Source of the DNA: the human T2T-CHM13v2.0 reference genome, Homo sapiens
DNA: 64,000 nt
Assembly (NCBI RefSeq): GCF_009914755.1
Contig: NC_060929.1
Reading direction: 5' to 3' (one strand)
Shown here: one piece after another, positions 35,220-54,194 of the stretch
Position numbering within the stretch: position 1 is the stretch's first letter
Layout: every line of letters begins with the position of its first letter
The notes under the pieces: generated by a model
What the model saw: only the letters and a program-made list of their open reading frames with translations
Database searches by the model: none
What the model was told of the DNA's origin: nothing
Program-made: the position numbers and the translations under genes

Positions 35220-35552
35220 ACTATCTTAACCATTTTCAAGTATACAATTCAGTAGTATTAAATACATTCAAAATGTTGTGCAACCATTACCACCATCCAT
35301 CTCCATAACTCTTTTCATCTTGTTAAACTGAAACTCTATATCTATTAAATAATAACTCCACATTCCTCCACCCCTCCAGCCCATGGCAACCACCATTTTA
35401 TTTTCTGCCTCTATAATTTGAACTACTCTAAGTTCTTCATATAAGGGGAATTATAGATTATTTGTCTTTTGGGGACTGGCTTATTTCACTTGCCATAATG
35501 TCCTCAAGTTTCATGTGTGTTGTAGCATATGTCAAAATTTCCTACACTTTTT

Positions 35553-37530
35553 TGGCCATACTGCCCAAAGCAATTTACAGATTCAATGCTATTCATATCA
35601 AACTATCAATGTCACTTCCCACAGAATTAGAAAGAAACATTCTAAAATTCATTTGGAACCAAAAAAGAGCTCAAATAGCCAAAGCAATCCTAAGCAAAAA
35701 GAACAAAACTAGAGGTATCACACTACCTGACTTAAGGCTACAGTAACCAAAATAGCATGTTACTGGTATGAAAACAGACACATAGACCAATGGAACAGAA
35801 CAGAAGACCCAGAAATAAAGGTGCGCACCTACAAGCTTCTGATTTTTGACAAAGCTGGTAGTAACAAACAGCAAGAAAAGGACTCCCTGTTCAATAAATA
35901 TACTGGGATAACTGACTAGCCTTATGCAGATGGTTGAAACTAGATCCCTACTTTTCACCATACACAAAAATCAATGCAAGATGGATAAAAGACTTAAATG
36001 TAAAACTTAAAACTATAAAGACTCTAGAAGAAAACCTAGGAAATAACATTCTGAACATTGGCTCTGGCAAAAACTTTGTGACAAAGATTTCAAAGCAATT
36101 GCAACAAAAGCAAAAATTGACAAGTGGAACGTAATTAATCTAAAGAGCTTCTGCACAGCAAAAGACACTATCAACAGAGTAAACAGACAACCTACAGAAT
36201 AGGAGAAAATATTTGCAAATAATTGCATCTGAAAAAGTTCTAATATTTAAAATCTATAAGGAACTTAAATCAAGAAGCAAAATTAAACATCCCCATTTAA
36301 AAATGGGCAAAGAACATGAACAGACACTTCTCAAAAGAAGACATACACACAGCCAAAGAGCGCATGAAAAAATGTTCCACATCACTAATCATCAGAGAAT
36401 TACAAAAGAAAAACACAATGAGATAGCGTTTCACACCAGTCAGAATGGCTTCTATTAAAATGTCAAAAAACAAAAGATGCTGGTGAGGCTGCAGAGAAGA
36501 GAGAATGCTTATACACTGCTGGTGGGAATGTAAATTAATTCAGCCACTGTGGAAAGCAGTCCGGAGATTTCACAAAGAATTTAAAATAGAACTACCACTT
36601 GGCCCAGCAATCCCATTACTGGGTAAATACCCAAAGAAACATAAAGTATTCTACTGTAAAGATACATGCATGCATATATTCTTCTCAGTACTATTTACAA
36701 TAGCAAAGACAAGGAATCAACCTAGATGCCAATCAACAGTGGACTGAATGAAGAAAATGTGATACATATACACTAGGGAATACTACACAGCCATAAAAAA
36801 GAATAAGGTTATGTCCTTTGCAGCAACATGGATGAAGTTGGAAGCCATTCTTCTAAGCAGATTAAAGCAGGAACAGTCAAGCAAACACTGCATGTTCTCA
36901 CTTATAAGTGAGATCTAAACATTGAGCATACATGGACACAAAGAAAGGAACAAAAGACACTGGGGCCTACTTGAGGGTAGAGGATGGAAGGAGGGTTAGG
37001 ATTGAAAAACTAAGTATGGATATTATGCTGATACCTAGGTGACAAAATTATCTGTACACTAAACCCCCGCAACATGCAATTTACTCATGTAACAAATGTA
37101 TTAGTCCATTCTCATGTTGCTAATAAAGGCATACCTGATACTGGGTAATTTATAAAGGAAAGAGGTTTAATTGTCTCACCATTCAGCATGACTGAGGAGG
37201 CCTCAGGAAACTTACAATCATGGCAGAATGGGAAGCAAACACACTCTACTTCACTTGATGGCAGCAAGGAGAAGTGCTAAGCAAAAGAGGGAAAAGCCCC
37301 TTATAAAACCATCAGATCTCATGAGAACTAACTTACTATCGCAAGAACGGGATGGGGGAAACCACCCTCATTATATTCATTATCTCCCACCAACTCCCTC
37401 CCACAATATGTGGAGATTATGGGAACCACAATTCAACATGAGATTTGGGTGGGGACACAGCCAAATTATATCAACAAGCCAGTACAAGTACCCCTTGAAC
37501 TTAAACTAAAAACAGGAAAGAACAAAAGAG
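35553..37530 (+). mobile_element. 5'-truncated old L1 (L1PA15-16/L1PB-like)
   Basis: Disrupted ORF2 C-terminal part ([13 protein letters not shown]...; KLDPY...; HCWWECKL) followed by 3'UTR. Confidence 0.85.
37097..37473 (-). mobile_element. THE1-like MaLR solo LTR inside the L1 3'UTR
   Basis: TGTATTAGTCCATTCTC...GGGGACACAGCCAAATTATATCA, 377 bp; flanks ACAAA/ACAAG. Confidence 0.85.
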
Positions 37531-37553
37531 AATTACCTCCTTTTTAAGGCTGA

Positions 37554-37931
<378 letters not shown>

Positions 37932-39049
37932 TAACTTAAAATTTTTAAAAAATAGACACTTGGGTTGCTACCATGTTTTAGCTATTGTGAATAGTGTTGT
38001 TATGAACATGAGTGTATGGATATATCTTCCAGACTGCTTTCAAATCTTAAATATATACTCAGAAGTTGGATTGCCTGATCATATGGTAATTCTGTTTTTA
38101 ATTTTGGAGGAATTGTTGTAGTGTTTTCCACAGCAGCTGTACCATTTTACATTGTTCCTAACAACAGTACACAAGGGTTCCAATTTCTCCACATCTTTGC
38201 CAATACTTGTTACTTTCTATTTTTTAATAGTAGCCATCCTAGTGGGTGTGAGGGGTATCTGATTGTAGTTTTGACTTTCATTTTCCTAATCATTAGTGAT
38301 GTTGAACACCTTGTCATGTGCTTATTGGCTTTTGGTATGTCTTCTTTGGAAAAATATGTATTTGTCATTTGCTCAGTTTTGAATCAGGTTATTTGTTTTT
38401 CAGAAGTTCTTTATATATTCTGGATATTAATCCCTTGTCAGAGATATGATTTGCAAATATATTCTACTATTCAGTGATTTGCCTTTTTATATTATTGATA
38501 CTGTCTTTTTGTGCACAAATCTTTTTCATTTTTGTGAAGTCCAATTTGTCTATTCTTTTTGTGTGTTGCCTATGTCTTTGGTGTCATATCCAAGAAATCA
38601 TTGCTAAATCCAAAGTCAAGAAGCTTTTTTTCTTTTCTGCTAAATGTTTTAGATTTTACATTTAGGTCTTTGATCCATTTTGAGTTAATTTTTGTACATG
38701 GTGTTAGGTAAGGGTCTAACTTCATGCTATCACATATAAATATTCAGTTTCCTCAGACTCTTTTGTTGAAAAGAATCCTTTCCCCATTGAATGGTCTTGC
38801 CATTTTTGTCAAGAATCATTGGACTACACATGCAAGGGTTTATTTCTGTGCTGTCTATTTTATTCCATTTGTCTATATGTCTGTCTTTGTGTCAGTACCA
38901 CACTGTTTTGATTACTGTAGCTTTGTAGTAATTTTTGAAATCAGGAAATGTGAGTCCTCTAGCTTTGTTCTTCATTTTCAAGATTGCTTTTGACTATTTA
39001 AGATCCCTTAAGGTTCCATAGGAATTTTAGAATTAGTTGTTCTATTTCT

Positions 39050-39460
39050 GCATATATATATAATATATATGTATCTATATAAACTATATGTGTATATATA
39101 AAATATATATATAATATATGTATATATGATATATGTACATATAATATATTTATATATGTATATATGATATATATGTATATATAATATATTAATATATAAT
39201 TATATATTAATATAATATATGTATATTATATATTTATATAGTATATGTATATATTATATATTTATATAATATATGTATATATTGTATATTATATAATATA
39301 TTATATCTAATATAATATATATGTAATATATACATATAATACATATAAATATATTACATATATTTATATAAATATATTACATATATTTATATAAATATAT
39401 TACATATATTTATATAAATATATTATATGTACATATGTATATATAATATATTTATATATT
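39050..39460. repeat. ~410-bp nearly pure AT low-complexity tract
   Basis: TA-rich throughout; includes three 23-bp-period units at 39358-39423. Confidence 0.95.
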
Positions 39461-39989
39461 GGGATTTTGGTAAGAATTTTATTGAATTTGTGGATTGCTT
39501 TGGGTAGTATTGACATCTTAACAATAGTTAGCCTTCCAATTCATAAACATGTAATGTATTTCTATTTATTTGTGTCTTAGAATTTCTTTAATTTTTGTCT
39601 TAAAATTGTCATTATACAAGTTCTTCACCTCCTTGGTTAGGATAATTTTTATTTCATTATTTTCCGTGCTATTTGAAATGAAACTATTTTTATTACATTC
39701 TTTTGAGACTGCTAATTGTATATAGAAATACAACTGATTTATTGTGCATTGACTTTGTACTGCACTTTGCTGAATTCATTTATTCATTCTAACAGGGTTT
39801 TTGTGTAATCTTTAGGGTTTTATCACATAATGTTTTATCACCAGTGAACAGAGATTATTTTACTTCCTCCTTTCCAATGTGCATACCTTCTATTTCTATA
39901 TTTTGCCTAACTGCTCTGGCTAGAACTTCCAGTACTATATTGAATAGAAGTGGTAGAAACAGGCATCCTTGCCTTGTTCATGATTTTAA

Positions 39990-40323
<334 letters not shown>

Positions 40324-41454
40324 AAGCTTTCCATCTTTCACCATTGAGTACAATATTTGCTGTGTGTTTCCATATATGGCTTTTATGATGTTGAGGTAAT
40401 GTCCTTCTCTTCTTGGTTTGTTGAGTGTTTTTATTATGAAAATATATGAATACTGTGACTGCTTTTTCTGCAACAATTGGGGTTATCAGGTGTGTTTTTA
40501 TTTTTTTCATTCGGTTGGTGTGTCGTATTATATTGATTGATTTCCATATGTGAAACACTCTTGCATTTCAGCTATAAATCAATTTGGTCATGGTGGATAA
40601 TCCTTGCAATTTGCTGCTGAATTCAATTTTGCAAGTATGTTGTTGAAACTTTTTGCATCAATGTTCATAAGGGATATTGGTCTGCCGTTTTGTTCTGCTG
40701 TAGTGTTTTTGGCTTTGGTATCAGGGTAATGTTGGCCTCACAGTATGAGTTGGAAAGTGTTCCCTCCTCTTCAATTTTTTGAAATAGTATGAGAAGAATT
40801 GGTATTAGCTCTTTAAATGTTTGGTAAAATTCACCAGTGAAGCCCTGAGATCCAGGACTTTCCCTTGTCAGATTTTTGATTACTAATTCATTTTCTTCTC
40901 TTGCTTTCCTTTCCTTACTTACATATTTACTTATAGGTCTATTAAAATGTTCTATATCTTTGTTTTTTAGACTTAGCAGGTTTTGTGTTTCTTAAAAATT
41001 GTCCATTTCATCTAAGTTCTGCAATTTGTTGTCATATAATTGCTCTCTTATAATCTTCTTTATTTCTGGAGAATAAGTAATATCCCACTTTCATTTCTGA
41101 TTTTACAATTTGAGGCCTCTTTCTCTTCTGCTTAGTTCAATTAGCTAAAGGTTTGTCAATTGTGTTGATTTTTTCAAAGAACCAACTTTTGGTCATTGAT
41201 TTTTCTTTATTGTTTTTCTATTCTCTATTATCTTGCTCTAATCTTTATTATGTCTTTTTCTCTGCTACCCTTGGGTTTTGTTTGCCCTTTTTCCAGTTCC
41301 TTAGGATGTAAAGTTAGATTGCTGATTTGAGATTCTACTTATCTTTTAATGTAAGTCTTTATGGTTCTAAGTTTTTCCTTTCACACTGCTTTCACTGAAT
41401 CCCATAAATTTTGGTATGTTGCATTTTCATCTTCATGTGTATCTAAAAATTTTC

Positions 41455-43655
<2,201 letters not shown>

Positions 43656-43826
43656 GACTACATACCTTCTAATGTCCTTCGTGATATCTTCTTTGATAAA
43701 TGCTTTAACATCTGTGTATACTCTGGTTTTACTTCTGTTAGGGATTTCTAATTTTAACCTGTTTCGGACAGAGAAAATGCTTTGTATGGTATCTTTCATT
43801 TTAAATCAATTAAGATTTAACTTGTT

Positions 43827-44234
<408 letters not shown>

Positions 44235-44536
44235 TTACATCTAGTAGATTTGTGAAGTCGTCTCTTCTCTTACTTATCTTCTGCCTTTCTCTTTAAAAAG
44301 TTTGATTATAATGTGCCTTTGTCCATATCTGGGTTCATTTTATTTGGAATTCATTGAGCTTCTTGGATGTTTATATTCATGAGTTTCACCAAATTTGGTA
44401 AGTTTTCAGCCATTATTTCTTCAAATATGTGTTTGGCTTCTTTTTCTTATCCTTCTTGGAATCCCACAATGCATACATTGATCTGCCTAATGGTATTCCA
44501 CAAATCTTTGGGTTCTGTTCACTTTTCTATTCTTTG

Positions 44537-44833
44537 TTTTTTTTTTTGAGATGGAGTTTCACTCTTGTTGCCCAGGCTGGAGTGCAATGGCACAATCTCT
44601 GCTCACTGCAACCTCCGCCTTCTGGGCAAGTGAGTCTCCTATCTCACCCTCCCAAGTAGCTGGGATTACAGACAGACATGTGTCATCATGCCCAGCTAAT
44701 TTTTGTATTTTTAGTAGAGACAGGGTTTCACCATGCTGGTCAGGCTGGTCTCGAACTCCTGAGCTCATAAAATCCACCCGCCTTGGCTTCCCAAAGTGCT
44801 GGGATTACAGGTATCAGCCACTGCTCCCAGCCC
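44537..44833 (-). mobile_element. AluS
   Basis: Dimer, reverse orientation. Confidence 0.88.
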
Positions 44834-44951
44834 TGCTCACTTTTCTTCAATATTTCTTTTTCTCAGACTTGAACATTTTCACAGTCTTATATTCAAACTC
44901 ACTATTTTTTTTCTTCTCCCTCCTCAAATCTGCCTTTGAATCCCTCTAATG

Positions 44952-45253
<302 letters not shown>

Positions 45254-45775
45254 TAATGTATCTTTCATTTTAGTTATTGTACTTTTCAGCTCAGAGTTTC
45301 ATTTTGGTTTTAAGTTTTTTATCTCTTTATTAATATTTATATTACATATATGGCTTTCTTGATTTTTACCAGATCTTCTTTTGTTTTTTTGAGCATCTTT
45401 AAGATATTGTATTAAAGTCTTCATCCAGAAGATCTTCCATCAGGCCCTCTTCACAGACAGTTTCTGTTGATTTATATTTTTTCCTCTGAATAGTTTCTTG
45501 TTTCTTTGTATGCCTTGTGATGTTTTGTTGAAAAGTGAATACTGGAATCTAATAATATGATAACTCTAGAAATCAGATTTTCCCCTTTCCCCAGAGTTTG
45601 CTACTTTTTGTTATTATTTTTGCTATTGTTTTTGTTTTGTTGCTGTCTGCTGTCTGCTGTCTCTGTGCCAAGGATCAGCCTGAGTTATAAACTGGAGGTA
45701 TTTTATGAGCCTGTGCCATTCTCTGGGTATGCACAGGTACTTTCTAATTTACCCCATGAATACAGTTGATTTTGA

Positions 45776-46081
<306 letters not shown>

Positions 46082-46182
46082 TTAATCTGCTTGTCTTTAA
46101 TGTCTGGCTGCTAGAAGTAGAAAATGATAGAAATAAAGGTGGATGGGGAGGTGTCAAAAAATTTTATAAAATGAAAGAAAGA

Positions 46183-46495
46183 GGCCGGGCACAGTGGCTC
46201 ACGCCTGTAATCTCAGCACTTTGGGAGGCCAAGGCAGGCAGATTGCCTGAGGTCAGGAGTTTGAGACCAGTCTGGCCAACATGGTGAAACCCCGTCTCTA
46301 CTAAAAATACAAAAAAAATTAGCCAGACGTGATGGTGTGTGCCTGTAATCCCAGCTAATCAGGAGGCTGAGGCAGAGGAATTGCTTGAACCAGGGAGGCG
46401 GAAGTTGCAGTGAGCCCAGATCGCTCCACTGCACTCCAGCCTAGGTGACAGAGTGAGACTCCATCTCAAAAAAAAAAAAAAGAAAAAAGAAAGAA
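46183..46495 (+). mobile_element. AluS
   Basis: GGCCGGGCACAGTGGCTCACGCC...A-tail; flanking GAAAGAAAGA duplication. Confidence 0.92.
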
Positions 46496-47129
46496 AGAGA
46501 GAAAGAGGTAAAAGGAGCACAGTTCCTTTAAATCTCCTGGCAGTCACTTCAGCTGCAGGGAGAGAGGCTTGCAGCAATGGGGGCAGGTGTAACATCAATG
46601 GCAGCCCAACTCTGTCTGAATCTGTGATCATAAGATGCAGTCCATGATCAGGACACAGATTCCTAATATTTGGAGGATATGGTTCTTTTTGCCTACTCTG
46701 GCTCCCACAAGGTATGCTTAGGTTGCTTCATGAACGTGTGCACAATTGCCTGCCTCCATTTGGGGATGAAGGATGGGTAGCTGCTACTATAGTAAGAGCT
46801 GGAATTGCCTGAAATTAACTACAATTTATGGACCAAGCCTTCCCCTGGAGGTTGCAAGCCCTCAATCGACTCCAGAGTTCCAAAAGAGTTACATCAGACA
46901 GATTCTGCCAGTGCAATTGTTATCTAGGTAGGAAAACAGATTTGTGATGCTTCCTAATCAACCATTTTTCCAGATATTTATTTTTCACTATTTACTGATA
47001 TTCATTCCATTTGGCTTCCTTTTTTAAGAGTTTTTATTCTACATGGAGCACACTTAAAAAAAAGACTTCAAAGCAATGCTTGCTTTCTGCAAAGAGGGGT
47101 GATTTTATTTTGAAAACTCTAAATGTTTA

Positions 47130-47436
<307 letters not shown>

Positions 47437-47737
47437 TTAAATTTATTCAAGTTTCACTTCTCTATGCTGATTTGCAATATGCTTCAGATTCAGGTGAAAG
47501 TCATATTCACAGAGTTTTATCTGAACTACAAAAGAGTTTATACAACTTGCAACATTTTTGTGAGATACTTGTTATCTTGTATGAACATAATAATTGTATG
47601 AGATACTTCTATGAACATAATATGACCCCCAACCTCATAGTTGACCCTAGTCTTAATAGTTCACTTCTACTACTATATCAGATGAAGAATCAAAACATTT
47701 TTCAAATCTCATATTTTTTCAATACTTAAAAATTTGT

Positions 47738-48328
<591 letters not shown>

Positions 48329-49366
48329 TCACATTTCTGCAAATGTGTAAAGGATGAGATAGATATAACAAAGAGGATGCACTTTCCCTAAGTCTAATTT
48401 TGACAGCTTTACGAAAAGGATTCATCCATTATAAAACCTTATTTGGCTGAAAAGAAATTCAGTCAAAGGTTCAAGCCATCAGTCTGCACTTTAAACACCT
48501 AAACCAGTCAAGAACTTTAAATTTTATGCTTCCTTTGTGGTGGAGCTAAATATTATGGGTTGTAAAATCTGATCCATTCCATGAATTCCTTTTATATAAT
48601 ACGAAATATAAAAGAACTTAAATCAATGTCTTATTTTTTATCACTCTAAGGAACACTGCTTACATCAGCAAACCTCTGGTCATGTGAGAGAGTAAGTTCA
48701 TCTCATCCATTGTATTATCAATATATTAGTAACTGCTGGATTCTAAACTTCCAAGTTTATGAAGAATGTCTATGTTGTTCATTACAGCTCATTCACTACC
48801 TAAGATGGTGTCCAGTATATAGCAAGCCCTCAATAGATATTTGTGAAATGACTAACTGCACTCAGTTTTGACATAATTCACCATTACATAGATTTTTGTA
48901 TATAATTCTTCACCCCTAAGAATTACTGTATTCCTGCCTAATCCACTAATTCTCATAATTTCATCATCATTAGACCCACACATAAGAAAAGTATCCATTT
49001 TAAATCATCCCTTGAAACCTCTAAGAAGTAATATTCTAAATTTTTAGATTATAAAAATCACAATTACTAAATTAGTCTATGTGAACAAGCAAAATGCCTT
49101 TTGAACTAAACACTTTAACAAAAGTAAAGAAGGCTTTTGGGTCAAAGAATTATTATTTCAGCAGAAACTGAGGAGCATAAAGGTGGTTTAAACAACAGAA
49201 TATCAATATTGAAATTCTCCAGATAGGAAGACAAGAGTAAAAGCCATATGTCTGACAAATGTTAAAGCACTATAATTAAAAATAAGCTATAAGCTCAAGG
49301 TTTTGTAAAGTAATCCAAAAAAATCAAAACTGAGGCTATAACCTTATTTAGATGTTTATTGTCTTA

Positions 49367-49446
49367 TTAGGTAAGTGCAAAAGTAATTGGAGGTTTTGCC
49401 ATTACCTCCAATGGTAAAAACCACAATTACCTTTGCACCAGCCTAA
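49367..49446. mobile_element. MADE1 (Hsmar1-derived MITE)
   Basis: 80 bp TTAGGTAAGTGCAAAAGTAATTG...CAATTACCTTTGCACCAGCCTAA, imperfect palindrome with TA on both sides. Confidence 0.9.
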
Positions 49447-49573
49447 TATAATGTGCCAGGAGCACTAAAATTACTCCACGAAGTACTAGAAGCATACCTC
49501 TTTGAACACTACTTTGAATAGTACTGATGTATTATACTGCTCTTGCTTTTCAAGTATTTTATATTAAAACTGT

Positions 49574-50011
<438 letters not shown>

Positions 50012-50856
50012 TCAATTTGAGTGGACACATCAATTTGTTTCTTTACGTGAGCATGGTAAAAGTGAAGCCAAAAAGATGGGAGTCTTTATTTCATGTTTTG
50101 GTGAATAGTTTCAGCACATAGTCATTGATAAAAGATGTGCATGTTGTATTACAGAAGTGAAGGTGCTCCAAAAGAATCAACTATGAAAATAATTTTCTAT
50201 GTTAAAGTGCTTGAGGAGGGTGAGCATCTTCTAGGAATAAACGGAAGTAATAAATGGCAAATATAGTGTATTTAGAAATGGTGATCATCCTTTCACCTCA
50301 CTACAGCCAAGAAATGATCAACAGTTTTATGAACAGTGGTTGGAAAACATAAGGTCAGGAATACTTCTTGGCCATAGAATATTTGAAGAAGATAAAATCA
50401 AAATCGTCAATACAGCGTTCAGAATGTAATTCCATGTGATTACCTATTTGCAGTTTGGACTCCCCTTTCTATAAAAGCAACCCTGTGCTAACAAAATGAC
50501 TACATTAAAATGGCTACATTTGGCTACTTTAATCTTCAAATTGAATCATTACAGACTACTTAGTTGATTCAATTGAAGCAAAAAGTAGTTTCTGAGGATT
50601 AATCCCAAGGTTAGCACTTCACTGAATGTGTTAGGTAAATAAAGAAAATAAGAGTTTTTTTTCCCATGAATAGAGCATGAATTCACTGGTGAGATAAGAC
50701 ACTAAATAAAGCAACTGGAAAATTAAGCAAAAGAGTATATCGCTCAAAGTCTAGCCATTTAATGTGAAACACACAGTAAGTTCTATTTAAATTGAATGAG
50801 GCCAGGCACAGTTTACAACCAGGATGGAAGTTAAACTTGTTCTTGAAATATAGATA

Positions 50857-51227
50857 TGTTTTAGTCCATTTTGTGCTGTTATACAGAATACCACAGACCG
50901 TTCTTTATAAAAAACAGAAATTTATTCACTCATAGTTCTGGAGGCTGGGGAGTCCAAGATCAGGTCACCAGCAGATTTGGTCTCTGGTTACAACATGGTG
51001 CCTTGTTGTTCCTCCAGAGAGGAGGAAGATTATATCCTCACATGGCAGAAGAGTAGAAGAGAGAATTTATTCCTTCAAGCCCTTTTTGTAGTGGCATTAA
51101 TCCATTCATGAGGGTGGAGCCTTCATGACCCAAACATCTCCCAAAAGGCCCCACCTCTCAACACTAGTTGCATTGGGATTAAATTTTCAACACATGAACT
51201 TGAGGAGACATATTCAGACTATGGCAG
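50857..51227 (-). mobile_element. MST/MLT1A-type MaLR solo LTR
   Basis: TGTTTTAGTCCATTTTGTGCTGTTATACAGAATACCACAGAC...ATTCAGACTATGGCA. Confidence 0.78.
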
Positions 51228-51288
51228 AATAGAATAAGGTATCAGAAAGGAGGAAGATATTTTAGATAGGAGAACATAAAATGTGAAG

Positions 51289-52155
51289 GCAGATTTGGTG
51301 TAGACATAAGTTTTCAACTCCTTTCAGTAATTACCAAGGAGACTGCATACTGCAAAGATCGTATGGTAAAAGCATGTTTAGTCTCATAAGAAACTATCAC
51401 ACTGTCTCCAAAGTGGTTGTATACCATTTGGCATTCCCAGCAGCAATAAATCAGAGTTTCTATTGTTCCACAGCCTTGCCAGCATTTGGTGTTGTCAATG
51501 TTCTGGATTTGGGGAGACAGATGTTTATAGCAGCTTTATTGATAATTGGAAAACTTGGGGACAACCAAGATGTCCTTAAGTGAACAGATAAACAAACTGG
51601 TACATTCAGACAATAGAATATTATTCGGTGATAAAAGAAATTAGCTATTAAGCCATGAAAAGACATGCAGGAACCTTAAGTACATATTACTAAGCATAAG
51701 GGGCCAATCTGAAAAGGTTACATACAGTATAATTCCAACTATATGACATTCTGGCAAAGGCAAACTACGGAGACAATAAAAAGATCAGTGGTTGCAAGGG
51801 GTTGTCTGGTGGTAGGGAGGGTGGGGGAGGAGGGATAAATAGGCAGAGCCCAGATGACTTTGAGAGCAGTGAAAATACTCTGTATAAAATACTATATGAC
51901 AGATTCATATTATTATACATTTAGCCAAACCCATTGAATGTACAAAACCAAGTGAATCCTAATGTAATCTTTGGACTTTGGGTGGCTGTGATATGTCAAT
52001 GTAGGTTCATCGGTTGTAACAAATGCACAGCTTTAGTGGGGGATGTTGATTACTGGGGAGGTTATACATGTGTGAGGTGAGGGAGTATGTGGAAAATTTC
52101 TGTGCCTTCCTCTCAGTTTTGCTGTTAAAACTGCTCTGAAGAAAATGAAGTCTTA
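51289..52155 (+). mobile_element. L1MC-like 3' end with inverted 5' segment (51289-51510 on minus strand)
   Basis: Plus part CAGATGTTTATAGCAGCTTTATT...GGACTTTGGGTG...AAAACTGCTCT; upstream part is the reverse complement of the preceding L1 region; (CA)n at 52157-52189. Confidence 0.75.
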
Positions 52156-52618
52156 AACACACACACATACACACACACACACACACACAAGTGAAGGGAG
52201 AGGAGTAAGAGTAAGCCTGATGGGTATAACACAGGAATGAAAACCGCTCAGAGAAGGACTTTCCTAAAGCTTTGCAGTAGTCCTGACATGCTGTTTAAAA
52301 TCAAATGTTATGAAGCTCCTGTACCCCAAAAAACCCAGTTCTCAATTATCACATCTTGTTTGTAACAGCTAGTGTTGTGTAGTCTTGACTTTAGGTTACA
52401 AGCATTTGGAGGATTCAAGCAATACTGACTTAACTTCAGGGAACCATGCCTAAATACAGTGGAAGGCACAGTGACATACTTAATATGCTTAATAATTGCT
52501 AGGTTTCCTCTCAGTAAAAAGACAATTTTTCAAAAGTTTGTGATGAGGGTTAAAATGTACCGTTTTACTCAAGTGTGCAAGAATTACATATTTCTTTATT
52601 TTTAAATATCTCATCTTG

Positions 52619-52917
52619 TTTTTTTGTTGAGGGGGGAGCGGAGACAGAGTTTTGCTCTTGTCTGCCAGGCTGAAGTGCAATGGTATGATCTCGGCTCATT
52701 GCAACCACTGGGTTTAAGTGATTCTCCTGCTTCAGCCTCCCAAGTAGCTGCGATTACAGGCGCCCACCAGCACGCCTGGCTAATTTTTGTATTTTTAGTA
52801 GAGATGGGGTTTCACCGTCTTGGCCAGGCTGGTGTCGAACTCCTGATCTCAGGTGATCCACCTGCCTTGGCTTCCCAAAGTGCTGGGATTACAGGTGTGT
52901 GTCACGGCACCTGGTCC
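52619..52917 (-). mobile_element. AluS with small internal deletion
   Basis: Dimer; flanking TCATCTTGTT duplication. Confidence 0.9.
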
Positions 52918-53177
52918 TCATCTTGTTCTTAAGTCTCCAACTTCCAGTGATCATTGAAAAAAAAAATCCTAATGTCTATTTAAAAATAACTGATTCCTCT
53001 AGCTGAAAGTTATCAATCCATAATTTTAACTCTCCATCAGGTATATTTCTCACTGCTGGAAGGGTCTCCTCTCCCACTCTCTCTTGCCAACATTGTTTCT
53101 GAGTAGAGAAGCTTCTGTGTATTTATGATGATGGGACGGAGAAGGACCGTTGGTCTATGTGCTATTCTCTTGATCTG

Positions 53178-53322
53178 AGCTGTCCAATACAGTAGACACC
53201 AGTCATATCCAGCTACTGAGCACATGAAGTGTGGTTTTTTTGTTCTTTGGGTTTTTTAAGTGTGGCTATTAGACAATTTTAAATCACATGTGTAGCTTGC
53301 ATTATATTTCCACTGGACAGTG
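53178..53322. mobile_element. MER3-like hAT DNA transposon relic
   Basis: Terminal inverted repeat CTGTCCA...TGGACAG; GCTACTGAGCAC..GAAGTGTGG. Confidence 0.7.
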
Positions 53323-54194
53323 TTGTTCCGGGTGTTCCTCTGTCTCCAATGGAGGGCGATGAGTCTGTTTCCTCAGTAGTGGGCATTGGCATCTACCAAG
53401 GAGTGTCTGGTCCTGCATGGTCAGCTCTGCTGATGACTACCTCCTCACCATGGCCTCCAGTGTAAGTTTCCCACAAACTCCAGCTTTAATTTTCCAACTT
53501 AAGCCATTTTGATCTGCCAGTCCTTATAGCATCTCTGCTTCCTACCACTAAGTACTATATAAAGGTCATAGGCTGCAGACAATATCCTAGGCCCATCTCT
53601 CTAGAATCCCCATTCTGCTTTTGCTGACCTACCATTCTACAGCCATGGTGATAGGTCAGGAAAGCAGAGTACAAGGCTGGATGGCCTCAGATTCTTCCCA
53701 AGCTATCTGGGCTTCCTGCCATTTTGCCACATGCCTCCATTGCCCAAGACCCAGAATGATGGCTCACCAAATCTCTAATCAGGGATCCAGTTAATACTTG
53801 TCTTCTCTCCGCTTGCATTCCTTACTAATTTGCCTCCTCTCCTCCCATTATACAAAATGTCTCCTTCCTCTTTCTATCTGATGAGTAATTGCTACCCATC
53901 ATGTTCTCCATGCTCTTTACACTTCCAGTTATAGTAAAACTCTATAATCTGAGTTCATGAGATTTGGTCCATGACATTCAAAGGAGTGCTTTTAGAATAT
54001 AGAATGTAAAGCCACATAGCTCTACTGGAGAATACCGTATCATCTCTAACATTAGTGACAAAATAAATGCGTGATTTCCAATTTTACCTGGACTGTTAGT
54101 GTTTCCTAAAATTCTGTAGTTCCCTACATAGCAATTGCTTCTAGTCTTCACATAAGCTATTTCATTCCTTACTTCATTATGCATTAAAAATAGT

